NCBI RefSeq assembly: GCF_001194135.2
Contig: NC_068982.1
Span: 2,456,996 to 2,492,708 of the forward strand
Length of the DNA: 35,713 nucleotides
Source: Octopus bimaculoides
Lineage: Eukaryota
Reading direction: 5' to 3'
Shown: piece after piece, positions 23,201 through 34,796 of the stretch
Position numbering within the stretch: position 1 is the first letter of the stretch
How the letters are laid out: every line of letters begins with the position of its first letter
Translations under genes and position numbers: made by a program
The notes under the pieces: model-generated
Told to the model about the DNA's origin: nothing
Databases searched by the model: none
Seen by the model: only the letters and a program-made list of their open reading frames with translations

Positions 23201-23505
23201 AAAAGTAAGGGCGAATAATGTTAACAAAATATTTGAATCTTATACAAAAAATACCAATTAGATTTCATTTATTTAGGGGTAATAAATATTATGAATTTGT
23301 TCATTAAGATCACTTGTTCATTTAAATATGTTCATTTGGCAGAGTAAGCAACTATTTGTAAAGAAAAGTATTTGTAACAAGGTGTAAATGCAAAATCAGA
23401 AAATGCTCATCGTAAGACCAATTGCATCATTTTTTCCATTCGCATAATAAAGTCTTCATAGGTTGCAAAAAAATATTTATATCTTTATATATAAATATGA
23501 ATATA

Positions 23506-24580
23506 TTGGGTGGACACATAAATAATGCGGCTTTTTCTATTGCATGAAGTAAAAGTTAGAGAGGGACGGAATAAAATACCTGCATCAATTTGCAATAACA
23601 GCAGGTAATAATTTTACCTTGTGCTTATTCTTAGTCTAAGTTTAGAAGAGTGCATCTTTTCAAAGCTATAACGGAAGTGACAAAGTAGCATATTCATCAT
23701 ATTTTGTTTTATGAGTTCAATAAAGGCAACAACGCAACGGAAAGCACCAGGAATAATAATGCAGTATTTGGGGATTGGACAACCATTCATCGACATTTAC
23801 GTGCAATCAGAAATGTCAGCAAATTGTGCCAATGCGTTCCTCACAAACTTTCCGAGACTAATCACGCGCAGAGAGTGGATGTGTGCGCTTTTTGCTGTCA
23901 CCTCTCATGAATGAACCTTTTTGAAACCGATTAGTGACTGTTGACGAAAAATGGGTTCTCTATAAAAAATGTCAAGCGCTGATGACTGTAGGTAGGGAAA
24001 AGAGAAACAATGACACCTCAGATTAAAGAAGGTCTTCACCCAGGTAAAGTGTTGTTATCTGTTTGGTAGGATATGAAAGGTTTAGTCCACTTTGAACTCT
24101 GAAATCGAAACCAAGTGATAACAAAAGAGATCTACTGCGGGAAGCTTGAGCGGCTTCAGTCAGCGCTAGAAGAAAAATGACCACGAAAAGTGTTCTTCCA
24201 CCAGGATAAAGCTCGGCCACATGCAGCGAGAAAGGCATTACAAAGGCTGGAGGAGTTTGAATAAGAAAATATGCCCCACCCATCATATTTGCCGGATATT
24301 ACCCCATCTGATTATCATTTATTCGCCACTTTTTAAATCACTTGGATGGAAAAAATACGAACTCTATAGACGAGGTCAGAACAGTATTCGAGAAGTAATT
24401 TTCGTCACGGACAAGGGAATTTTTAAAGAAGAGTCTTGCAAGTCTACCAAATAGTTGGAAGAGCATTGAAGAAATCGAAGGAGGGTATATTTTAGATTAA
24501 AAAGTAACTTTGTTTCTCTTAATTTAAAAAAAATAAAAGAAGCGTAAAGAAAACTGCATGATTTCTGGGTTGGCCCAAAA
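23506..24580 (+). mobile_element. Mariner transposon, near full length, inactive (D,D34D transposase pseudogene)
   Basis: TA-flanked imperfect TIRs (ttgggtggacacataaataatgcggc and aaactgcatgatttctgggttggcccaa). Catalytic motifs are VTVDEKW, HQDKARPH and HPSYLPDITPSDYHLF, with 34 residues counted between the last two Asp. Stops, frameshifts and an internal deletion are present. Confidence 0.96.
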
Positions 24581-24584
24581 TATA

Positions 24585-24765
24585 GCGGCGTGCTGGCCGA
24601 CTCGTTACTCGACGGGGCAAAATGCCTCCAGGTATTTCGTCCATCTTTACCTTCAAGGATCAAATGACATCAAGTTTGACGTTGTCTTTCGTCGTTGCAG
24701 AGTGGATAAAATGAGTACCAGTTAGACACTAAGGTTGATGTCATCAACTTACCACTTGCCTTGCA
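24585..24765 (+). mobile_element. SINE family A, diverged, abutting the mariner right end
   Basis: ggcgtgctggccgactcgtta...gtatttcgtccatctttac...gataaaatgagtaccagtt aligns to the family A head and core. Confidence 0.8.
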
Positions 24766-24879
24766 TTTGCTCGTCTTGTGCTAAAATTTCAAATCAATAC
24801 TCACACATGCACAAACACCCCACCCACCGCTACACATATATGCGTGTGCATATATGTAAACATAAATATATATATACAT

Positions 24880-25060
24880 ACATATCCCCCTAAAAAACGA
24901 AGAACAAACATAAAAACAACAACGCGACGACATGGTGCATGTGAGGTATTAGCAGGCGCTCAGGGAAAGAGAGAAAGGTAGTTTTACGTTTCGAACAAAG
25001 CTCTTCTTCAAAAGTAATAGACAGAAGAAAGTCCAATAGAAAAGGAAGTGTGAGGAAATA
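24880..25060 (-). mobile_element. Penelope-type pseudo-LTR fragment
   Basis: Contains the hammerhead at 24985-25011 and is flanked by TA/TATG repeats. Organisation resembles 4260-4411. Confidence 0.6.
24985..25011 (-). ncRNA. Minimal type I hammerhead ribozyme-like motif
   Basis: The minus strand reads tTGAAGA a gagc ttt gttc GAAAC GTA: stem II gagc/gttc, stem III ac/gt, triplet GUA. C3 is replaced by T. Confidence 0.65.
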
Positions 25061-25062
25061 AA

Positions 25063-25098
<36 letters not shown>

Positions 25099-25500
25099 TG
25101 TNNNNNNNNNNNNNNNNNNNNNNNNNNNNNNNNNNNNNNNNNNNNNNNNNNNNNNNNNNNNNNNNNNNNNNNNNNNNNNNNNNNNNNNNNNNNNNNNNNN
25201 NNNNNNNNNNNNNNNNNNNNNNNNNNNNNNNNNNNNNNNNNNNNNNNNNNNNNNNNNNNNNNNNNNNNNNNNNNNNNNNNNNNNNNNNNNNNNNNNNNNN
25301 NNNNNNNNNNNNNNNNNNNNNNNNNNNNNNNNNNNNNNNNNNNNNNNNNNNNNNNNNNNNNNNNNNNNNNNNNNNNNNNNNNNNNNNNNNNNNNNNNNNN
25401 NNNNNNNNNNNNNNNNNNNNNNNNNNNNNNNNNNNNNNNNNNNNNNNNNGAGAGAGAGAGGGAGAGAGAGAGAGGGAGAGAGAGAGAGGGAGAGAGAGAT
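25060..25500. repeat. (TATG)n, gap, and (GA)n-type repeat
   Basis: Read directly from the sequence; N-run at 25102-25449. Confidence 0.9.
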
Positions 25501-26447
25501 AATCAAAGGCGTGTATTAGTATGCTCGCATGCCTGTATAATTATGCATTTTTATGTTTATGAATTCGTGTATGTTCGTATACATCTATGCATATTTTATC
25601 TAGTTACAGCTATAAGACACTATATTAAAATAATGGAAAGCAAAATCAAATTAAAAACCCGATAGCAAAATACTGTCTCTTATTATCAATTACATTAATC
25701 TTGACATTTTATCTTTATTAAAATTCTCGTTCCTTACTTACCCTCAGAACTTGATACTATTATCACTCAGTTTCTGATATTTGATTATATTTCTTTCTAA
25801 CTTATTAAGTAAATTATGAGATAATACCTATATTTAAATCGAATGTGGTTTTATACTAAGTGTATAATATAGAAATATGCAATTAATATTACAGAAGATT
25901 GAAATATTTATATTGTTTCTCAAACAAAGAACGCACAATTATCAATTGTCGTCAATTATTTTCTATTTTAGACCAGAGCCCAGAAACTAATATCAAAAGA
26001 AATACAAAAGTAAAAATCTTCATTTTCATATGTATTCGGTTTGAACCTCATAATTAAAACTTCATAACATGTGTCGATATTTCTTGGTAACCTTTTGATT
26101 ATCGTTTCGCAGGTCATATTTACATATGTTTTCTTCAATCTCCTATTATCCGACGTAATATCGAAATTATATGTTATTTATGAATTGCCTCTACTATTAT
26201 ACTTCCACTAAATTCAGCTTTTTCTGTTTGTTATGTTGTTTTGGTGAATCAATTAGGTATTCAATTTCATAAATGTCTCTCAAAAATGTATTGTATTTCT
26301 TTTGATTAAATCTTGAAAGGGGGACACTGAACAGTTTTCACAAATTTATGGTTCTATATCCAATTATCTATTATTCAGAAATGGATTTCTCTTATGTGTT
26401 TAATGTTTTACGTATCAACTTGCCTAACGTGTTTATCCTTATATTTA

Positions 26448-26487
<40 letters not shown>

Positions 26488-27761
26488 CAGTTCAAATGGG
26501 AATTCGTTAGGTATTTTTTAATTCAAGTCAATTTTGAATTTGGATAATAAGTTTAGATTTAGTTTTATATGTCTCGATATCTAGATTGTGGCAATGTGCA
26601 TATTTCTATATACTCGCACTCGCACGCAAATTTAGGCCATGCAATCATGTCCGTTTCTAAAGAATACCAAAATCTACCAGAAAACGGGGAACCGTACCTT
26701 TGTTTTGTATTTTAAGTCGCAGCATGAAATAAAGAATTTGTGCTTAGTTTCTGAATGTGCGTATTCAGAAATACTTTATAGCATATATTTCTACATAAGG
26801 AACATATGTCGTCTAATGTATGGCGTATGTTTGTTCAAATAATATTTTTCTTACATATATGTTGAGGGAATGTATGCAATATGTTTTCTTAATTAATCCG
26901 TCAGATGCAATAAGATATCCGCAATTGTTTGAAAGTGAGACTTCATTCCTCTAAAGAATTTCAGTTTTGTTGACAGCAAAAGAAATTGTTTTAAAACAGC
27001 TGTATATCTCTAACACTAGATAGAAATCAGGGTGAAGGAGTGCATTCTATAGGAGGGTAGAGTTTAAAAATAGATTCAACTATTTATCGATAGAACTACT
27101 TAAGTTATTTATGCTTGAATGCTTAGAACAGGTGTTACCATGCAGTGGGACTTTAATTTAATTGCCCAGTGGATTAAGATAGAATCTCCTAGAACAGCTT
27201 TCGTTTGACCAACATCTTTCACGTTCATACAGGACAGAAAACCGTCGTATATGTTTAAACATATCTATACATGCTTGTGAATTACTTCGGTGGAAAATGT
27301 AAACATGAAGACTAAAACCGATAAAACTATCTATTTTAAAATATCCTTCCCCGTTTGTGTTAAGAAGAGTATCGCTCACAAATACGATATATATTAAAAA
27401 ATAAGTACCGAGACACATGCTTTGTATGATACAACGTTCTTATACAATCCCCTCCGTAATAAATGTTTATTTGTTTGCCTGGTAATTTCTAATGGCCAGA
27501 AACAAATGCTGTTTCCGTGTCAAGACACAACCAATCACTGGTGTTCCACATTTATATCAACGTGAAAATCACTGAGATTTGTAAGTTTATTTTAGCATGT
27601 GATGCCTTAAATTTCAATCTATTTGGAGACAAATTTGATTCTCGTTTTTTCGATTTTTGATTTTCGAAATTTGATTTTTACACGCTCTTTATATAAACTC
27701 ACGTTGTTATTACTTCAAATATTGACACAAATCCTGCTGTTTAATAGTGAGCTGTTACTTT

Positions 27762-27945
27762 ATTATATCCATCTTAAAAGGCTGAAAAGCAGTATCGACC
27801 TGAGCGGCACTGAAAGTGCACGTTGTTTCTCATTCTTTCGAAGTCGGGGAAGTAAAGTACCAGTTAAGTACGGATGGTGGGGACGATTAGACACACTTAC
27901 TTCTCCCCATGAAAAGTTAATGGCCTTGTGCCAAAATAAAGAAAG
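27762..27945. mobile_element. Two SINE family A fragments in opposite orientation (- about 27762-27815, + about 27825-27945)
   Basis: aaaaggctgaaaagcagtatcgacctgagcggcactgaa matches the antisense core. It is followed by sense ctttcgaagtcg...aagtaccagtt...ggccttgtgccaaaataaagaaag. Confidence 0.7.
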
Positions 27946-28029
27946 AAAAGGAAATTATTATTAGTAGTAGCATTCATATTAATGTTGATGTTACCTTCAT
28001 TATTACTAGTTCGATGTCACCGGTCATTA

Positions 28030-28129
28030 TTTCGAGGTCGATGAAATAAGTACTACTTGAACACGAGCAACGATACAATCGACTAGTCCTTCCCACCGAA
28101 TTTCAGGCCTTGAGCCTATAAAAGAAACG

Positions 28130-28130
<1 letters not shown>
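28030..28130 (+). mobile_element. SINE family A, 3' half, running into (ATT)n
   Basis: ttcgaggtcgatgaaataagtac...aatcgact...aatttcaggccttgagcctataaaagaaacg. Confidence 0.85.
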
Positions 28131-28168
<38 letters not shown>

Positions 28169-28235
28169 GTTTTTGTTGTTGTTGTTGTTGTTGTCATCAT
28201 CGTCATCGTCGTCGTCGTCATCATCATCATCATCA
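28130..28235. repeat. Compound (ATT)n(GTT)n(CGT/CAT)n microsatellite
   Basis: Read directly from the sequence. Confidence 0.97.
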
Positions 28236-28898
28236 ACTGCAAGATAAAAAACAAATCTATATATTTCTAGGAAAATTGAAATACACATTATTCTTCCGGC
28301 ACCATTGAAACGCTATGCAACAAATTCTGTTCTTTAAGATTGCTTGCATTTATTCATTGCGATATGACTTCAGAAGCCCCCAAAGAAATTATTAGCCGTC
28401 AGCAATATTCTCATTTGAAAACAGTAACCAAATTTTTAAGGCACCTTTAAATGCAATCATTGACCAAATCTAAAATATTTTATCAACACATCTTTTGCCG
28501 CAGGGTACACCACAAGTATGATCCATTGTCTTTCTTTTTTCTTTCAAATCCATTTTAGTGAACGCTAATTTCACATTTTGATATTTCAATCGTATCTTTT
28601 TTTTTTTTAAATCATTTTGAAGCTTAAATTCAAAAATAATCCGTTTATTCACTATATTATGACAACCTTAACAACAGTAATAACGATAAAATGAAATTTT
28701 AGCTACTATTTGCAGTAGTCGCATCTACAGTTTCAATAGACTTCCAGGTACAGTAATGCGCCACTAAAGTATCTACCGTGCTGTGGCTGGTGTGAGCCTG
28801 ATGCGTGTTTTCTTTTCCCTTTTAGTTAATGTTTGTCCTGCTGTTTTCTCAGCAGCGTCGTTTGCATGTATGTTTAAATATATTCATTTTATTAGCAG

Positions 28899-28973
28899 GC
28901 AATTATGCATGCGAACTAGGTGAGATGATTAATTCTGATTGTGAGGAATGTACTCTGTTTAATACACCAAGTG
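28899..28973 (+). CDS. Candidate 75-nt phase-1/1 exon, unidentified
   Basis: Acceptor cattttattagcag, donor AGTG|gtaaga, reading (G)NYACELGEMINSDCEECTLFNTPS. No homology recognised. Confidence 0.27.
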
Positions 28974-29322
28974 GTAAGATCGGGTGTAGAGTTATGAAGC
29001 ATGGTGAAATATTTATGTTATTGTTAATCGTTTTTATGAAACTCAATATACCAGAGATTATTAGGAGCCTTTTTTGCTCCAATATCTCATTCTTCTTCAT
29101 ATTCTGCTTGAATCTATTGTGTTGTGTATTTTTTGCTCTTCACAAGTATTTTCATTCGCTGCATTTATGCACGGCATGATTTGGTGGGTAACGTTTGGAA
29201 GTGTGGTTTCTGTTCAATGTTTCCTCACTTACCTGAATGTTTTCTCTTGGATAGTTATGTACGATCGAAATACAGGATATATTAGTAAGGTATTCTTTAC
29301 TTAGGTTTGAAAACATGATTTT

Positions 29323-29612
29323 TGTGATGTAGTGAAAATTCTACTTCTCTTCCCACGAAGACAAAGTGGTATGACGGAGCCACTATAGTGTCAGACAGTC
29401 AGTCATTGTAGGGGGTCAGTAGTAGAGGAGTAGTTGTACGAGTTCTCAGTTGGAATTGGTGTCAGTTAACTGATATATACGAGTTCGAGTCGCTGTCAAG
29501 GTAGACGTTTCAAAAGTCACTGTCTTGCAGAGCTGTCAGCGACAGCACGATAGACAAGTTTAAGATAATAAGACGCGGAATACCGCCACAACATAATATT
29601 GGCGACAAGAAT
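29323..29612 (+). mobile_element. Probable Gypsy-type 5' LTR (about 271 bp) with primer-binding site
   Basis: Begins TGTGATGT and ends CACAACA at 29593, followed by TGGCGACAAGAAT at 29600-29612. This is two transitions from TGGCGACGAGGAT, the complement of a tRNA-Ser(GCU) 3' end. No second LTR and no gag/pol seen. Confidence 0.5.
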
Positions 29613-30211
29613 ATTACAGTTCCGACAATAGCGTACAAGTGGACGAGAATCTCATATTATAACATTTTGTTACAGAGAATTTAGCGTAACCAGGTACCTA
29701 ACTTATATTGGTCGAAACTGAAGAGGCTACAGTAAACAAAAATGTAGAATATGATAAAATATAATGAGAGGACTGACTGATAGAAAGCTAAACATTCAGT
29801 GAGTTTAGAAACAAGGTAGACAAGATTAATAGAAAACGAACTGTAATCAGCAAGGTATCGATTAGTATTGCCACTGAATTAACTTCCCTTCTGAAACGTA
29901 CGATATCGATAAGAATATACAAGAGCCTATGAAAGCCAATATATGAACTTTGAATCCGAAATGCAATATCGCAAATAATGTTCGATATGGTGTTTGAGAG
30001 GATGTGTCATGTGATTCTGATCGTTTAAAGCAACAGGTGTACATCATCAACAGTTCTTTGCTACACAGATGCCAAGAACCATGTATACACACACACACAT
30101 ATATGTGTGCGCGCGCGCGCATTTATACATATATACGTTCATATATATTTTATATTTCATAAGCTTAAAGCTTATAGCGATCACCACCATTATATATACA
30201 TATATATACAT

Positions 30212-30885
30212 GAGAATTCCAGAGAACAAGGTGTCATCATTCCACTTTTCTCCTCCTTTGTACGGCCACACCTCGAATACTGCTGCCCCTTGTGGTCTCC
30301 CCATACAAAACAAAACATCTCGAGGATTGAATCACCCCAGAGGGCACTCACCAAACGAATTGAAGGCATGACTGATCTTGATTACTGGGATCACCTTGAA
30401 GTCTTGAAACTCTACTCTCTCCAGCGCCGCCGCGAGCGGTACATTATTTGTACGATGTGGAAGATATACCGCCAGCATTGCCCAAACGACCTGAACATTA
30501 GTTTCAAGGNNNNNNNNNNNNNNNNNNNNNNNNNNNNNNNNNNNNNNNNNNNNNNNNNNNNNNNNNNNNNNNNNNNGGCACACTGCGGCATAATTTCTTT
30601 TCCTCAACAGGCCCTGCCCTGTTTAACATTGTCCCTAAACAGATAAAAGATGAAAAGGATCCTATCAGCTTTAAACGGAGTCTAGACAGATTTCTTCAAG
30701 GACTACTAGACAAGCCACCCATACCTGGATACAACTCACTCAATAAGAACTCACTACTTGAATAGACCATAGATAAAACTTGACTGTAAAAAGGTTTTAG
30801 ATAATCCTATCAGGTAGTGCTATTAAGTTAGACATGGCCTGGACCAATCTTTGGTCGAAACCTATCTAAGTTTTATCTAAGGTTT
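30212..30885 (+). mobile_element. CR1-group LINE, 5'-truncated 3' end
   Basis: FSSFVRPHLEYCCPLWSPHTKQNISRIESPQRALTKRIEGMTDLDYWDHLEVLKLYSLQRRRERY. After the gap it reads NFFSSTGPALFNIVPKQIK...FKRSLDRFLQ...DKPPIPGY, then a 3' stem-loop and a short atctaag repeat tail. Confidence 0.95.
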
Positions 30886-31061
30886 TACATGTGTGACAAT
30901 ACATATGTATACGTATGCAAATATGTTTATATATACGTTTATTAACATATATGTATAAGTATGCAAACATATATTTATATAAACATGTATTTATATATAT
31001 ATATATACATACATACATACATTTATATATATGTGTGTATGTATGTGTGTCTGTGTGTGTA

Positions 31062-31962
31062 CACATGACATGATCAATAAGTATCCGGAATGTTGCTATA
31101 GTAATGAAGCTAAAGCACGCAGATTGACGCCGCTTGGCATAGATTGATCGTGAGCTCTGTTGTACATGCACACTAACTTTTACCGTTCTAACTCACTTCC
31201 TCTGTTTACAACAGTGCTTGGGCGGAAAATGTATCGCGTATGATCGTCGCAGTTAATATGACAGAAAAAGTTGAGTAGAGAATATTCATCGAATTTTGCC
31301 AAAAGCTTGGCAATACCTGCCGAGAGGCCTAGACAAAGTTCTCAAAATGTTTTCATCCTTCTTGAAACAACCAAGATCTTATACAACTAAAACCCAAGTG
31401 CCTTTTTGGTTAGCTGAAAGCAGTTTTGGCACAATCTTGGCAGACACGCGACTTCTACCCAAACCTTCAGTCATAATGAACTGGACTCAACTGAACCGTA
31501 ACTAATCTGCACATCCTCTGATAACTCACGGATGGTGATTCGACGATTTCCCCTCACAGCTGCAAGCACATCTGCGATGTTTTTCTCAGTTCTGCTGCTT
31601 GCGGGTCTCCCAAAACGTTCGTCAATATCGATGTTTTCTTTTTTGTCATTTTGGAAACGTCTGAACCACTCGTACACTTGTGTGCGGCTCATGCACTCCT
31701 CTCTATACACGTTCTGAAACTTTGCGTAGGCCTCTGAGCAGGTACGCCATGACAACTTTCTCTGTCATGGTCAATGTGACGATCACAGGCTACACACGTT
31801 CCTTCCACGCACTGCTCTAAACACCGGAAATGAGCTAGTACGTTAAAACTTAGTGCACATGCACAGCAGAGTTCTAGGTCAATCTTTGCTGAGCAGCTTC
31901 ACTCTGCGTGCTTTAGCTTCGGTACTATGACAACAGTCCAGATACTTATTGAAAAGACCTCG
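31062..31962. mobile_element. Mariner-derived foldback element made of two inverted 5' ends
   Basis: Both ends carry tcaataagtatc.gga followed by the same leader. The + arm encodes MTEKVE*RIFIEFCQKLGNTCREA. The - arm encodes TCSEAYAKFQNVYREECMSRTQVYEWFRRFQ...ERFGRPASSRTEKNIADV...NRRITIRELSEDV. Confidence 0.9.
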
Positions 31963-32075
31963 GGATCGATTAAATAAGTACCTGTTACGCACTGGTGTCG
32001 ATGTAATCGACTTAATCCTTTTGTCTGTCATTGTTCCCTCTATGTTTAGCCCCCTGTGGTTGATAAAGAAATAAA
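31961..32075 (+). mobile_element. SINE family A, 3' half
   Basis: cgggatcgattaaataagtacctgttacgcactggtgtcgatgtaatcgacttaatcc...ctatgtttagccccctgtggttgataaagaaataaa has the same tail as 5914-6141. Confidence 0.92.
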
Positions 32076-33063
32076 CATACAGAGTAATAAATATATATTT
32101 TCAAATGACAGCTGAATCAACCCGAAGTAACTTTCATTTCCTCGCCACGGGATTCTAGCTCATCTGGCGCTCCCAACTTAGGTTCCTGTGGAAAGCCTGT
32201 GAAACTCTAAGTTGCATGGAACCGAATCAAACTGTTTTAAGTAATATATCTAATTCTCTACTAAATGTTTTAAAGACACCTTTCTTTCGTTTGTCCACTC
32301 TCTTGTAAGTCATATATATAACTCTAAAGACTGTCACTGCTTTAATATACTCGATATTCGGTGGGGATATTTATACTATGTTTCATATTTGTATTTGTTA
32401 TGCTTAATATATCTATTTAGTATATTATATTTTCACTGTCTGCTTTGAAGACAGCAATATAATATTATCTACTAAAATGTGACCCGTTTTGAAAGTTTAA
32501 AGAAGACCCGTGTTTTTCTTTGGAAATAAATATTTCTAAATGATTGTTTATCCTAAATAAGAAGACTGCTAATCAAACTCTTAACTGAAATTAATGTTAT
32601 TATTTTATAATGGTGTGATATACCGAATTGTGCGTAGCCGGAGTGAAAGTAAGTAGTGTTGTATTTGAACGATTTAATACTGCAGATATTGACATGAAGC
32701 CTATATGAAATACCTACGATTTCATTTGTTGATCTACATTTTCATTAATACAGCGTTCGCGTTTTCGAACGCCCTCACGTGAAATATAACGATGTTGGTC
32801 AGCATTGTGTGTGTCTGTTATAAAAGTATTGTTAAGGCATATTTTCTCCCAGAAAATGTAGTTATCGTTTAGAATGGAGACGTTGCTGCACGCATCGGCG
32901 GCCTAAACAAATAGCAAAAAAGCAAAGCATAACTGTAATAGAGATATATGCATAGCACTTGACAAGCTGTTGTCATGATCGTTTGAACTTGTATCAAACG
33001 AATAAGCTACAAAGCTAGAGCGTCCTGGTTATCTCTCATTCAGTTATACTACTTAAACAATAC

Positions 33064-33145
33064 AATATTATATTCCTTAGTCGAATCAGAAGTTATCAAA
33101 ATTCGATGCTGTAATTTTGAAATCCTGTTCTCCGCCATTTTGTCT
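33064..33145 (-). promoter_or_regulatory. YY1-type CAAAATGGCGG motif overlapping an ATG (33138); candidate first coding exon
   Basis: The motif is at 33133-33143. The ATG opens MAENRISKLQHRILITSDSTKEYNI, with a weak donor ATT|gtattg. The nearby 32.7-32.9 kb segment is locally CpG-rich. Confidence 0.33.
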
Positions 33146-34796
33146 GAGCAAGTAATCTGCGAAGTAATCTTTGTTTTATCGCAGGGTAAATATCCGAGAC
33201 ACTAAAATTTCAGATTAAAATGTATTATCGAACGTCTTAAAGATCCAGATTATATTCATGACAAGATTCATTCTAATATTTCACCACTCAACTGTTACAT
33301 ACTACCGAGAAAAATACACTAAATACAATAATATGCTGTTAATAAATATGTTTCTATCTTCGAATTTTACTAGGAACATATTTTCTAAAAAGTCCTCCAG
33401 GCACAGAAATTTTTGTTTCATAAATTGATATTGATGATATAAATCTTATCTCATTTCTTTCTGTTTCCACTCACAGTTTATGTTGCTTTGGATGGAGATT
33501 TTCTTTTGTCATAATAAAATATATAGTGTAGAATCTGCACTTACCTGAAACAAAAGCTGACACATATTCAAACATAGTCCTGGTCATTATTTTCCCACTT
33601 ACCCGGACTATACTTCTTGACTAAAAGATCCAACCTGATTACACATACTACAACTGGAACTCTCATTTGCGTTGAGTGTGCTGACCTATCGTAGATAAGC
33701 CGTATTTTGCAAAATAATGCAAACCGCAAATTGGATTAACCCATTACTGACGTATCATGGTCAAGCAAAGCAGTGCCTAGATACCAAAAAATATCCAGTA
33801 CTACAATCCTGAAGCGGTTATATATATATATATATATATAGGGGGAGTGTGGGGGGTGTATGTATGTATAGAACATACATGCCACCAAACATAACCGTTT
33901 CGGTTTCTTTTTTCTCCATCTCTTTTAGCGATAAAGGTAGATTAAATGCAGAAAGTGGGATGTATGAGTGCACATGTCCTTTCAAGCAGGGGAGCCTGCT
34001 CAATGAACTCATTTTGTTAGCTTTAAACAGGACAGCCAACGGAGAAGAAGCATGGAGTTCTTAAACACACGATTAAATCGCCATGTTAGATGGATTTCCT
34101 TTTTAACCTTGACCGAGCAATCATTCACGATTTCTTGGTGTTCTTCATCTAATTCCTGTTTGACGCTAATTCGATACCAATACCATTCATTTTATAACAG
34201 CAGTATCTTTCCTTTTTTTTTTTTTCTTTGTCAAGGATTAGATCCTATTGCCGAGAGACGCCTCCTGTTCTCCTAATATCCTCTTAAATATTTTTATCTG
34301 GCAAATATGTTAAATATAAAAAAAAAAATGAGTTTCTTACAGCAATAGAAAATTGTAGACTTAACACAACTACACACGAATTAAAATGTTTGGCCCTGTG
34401 TGTCTGTGGATATTTGTTATTTCTATCATCCGAATTATTTTTTATATTTCTTTTAGATATTCAATGTGTTCTTCTTTGCATGTATTTTATGCTGAAATTT
34501 GTTTTTGTGCTCTCTTTTACTTCGTATTTGGCGTTTCAGTACTTTCGTTTGAGCTGTTGGCGTATCAATTAAACATGTTGAATGAGAAATGTCGACAGTA
34601 AATAATTACATATTATAAAGTTTGCAACGCAAGTCTGTTTTCCACTAGCTTCGAGCATAGAGGGTTGGCTGACTTCAGTTAACTGAAATATGTGGAGCAA
34701 ATAAATCATAGTTTGACAATGATATAAATAAAGACATGTCACTGAGAGAGATGAATAATAAACCACGCTCAGGCCGTAAATATAACTCTTTCTAAA

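Noticed and set aside
29074-29304. Hydrophobic ORF ending YDRNTGYISK as a membrane or EF-hand protein
   Set aside because: Hydrophobicity follows from T-rich DNA, and the loop is one residue short of the EF-hand pattern.
30842-30861. Hairpin followed by GAAAC at the LINE 3' end as a hammerhead
   Set aside because: No upstream CUGANGA; better explained as the LINE/SINE tail stem-loop.
34674-34687. 14-bp perfect palindrome ttcagttaactgaa (a 12-bp version is at about 29462)
   Set aside because: Isolated short palindromes in AT-rich DNA with no supporting context.
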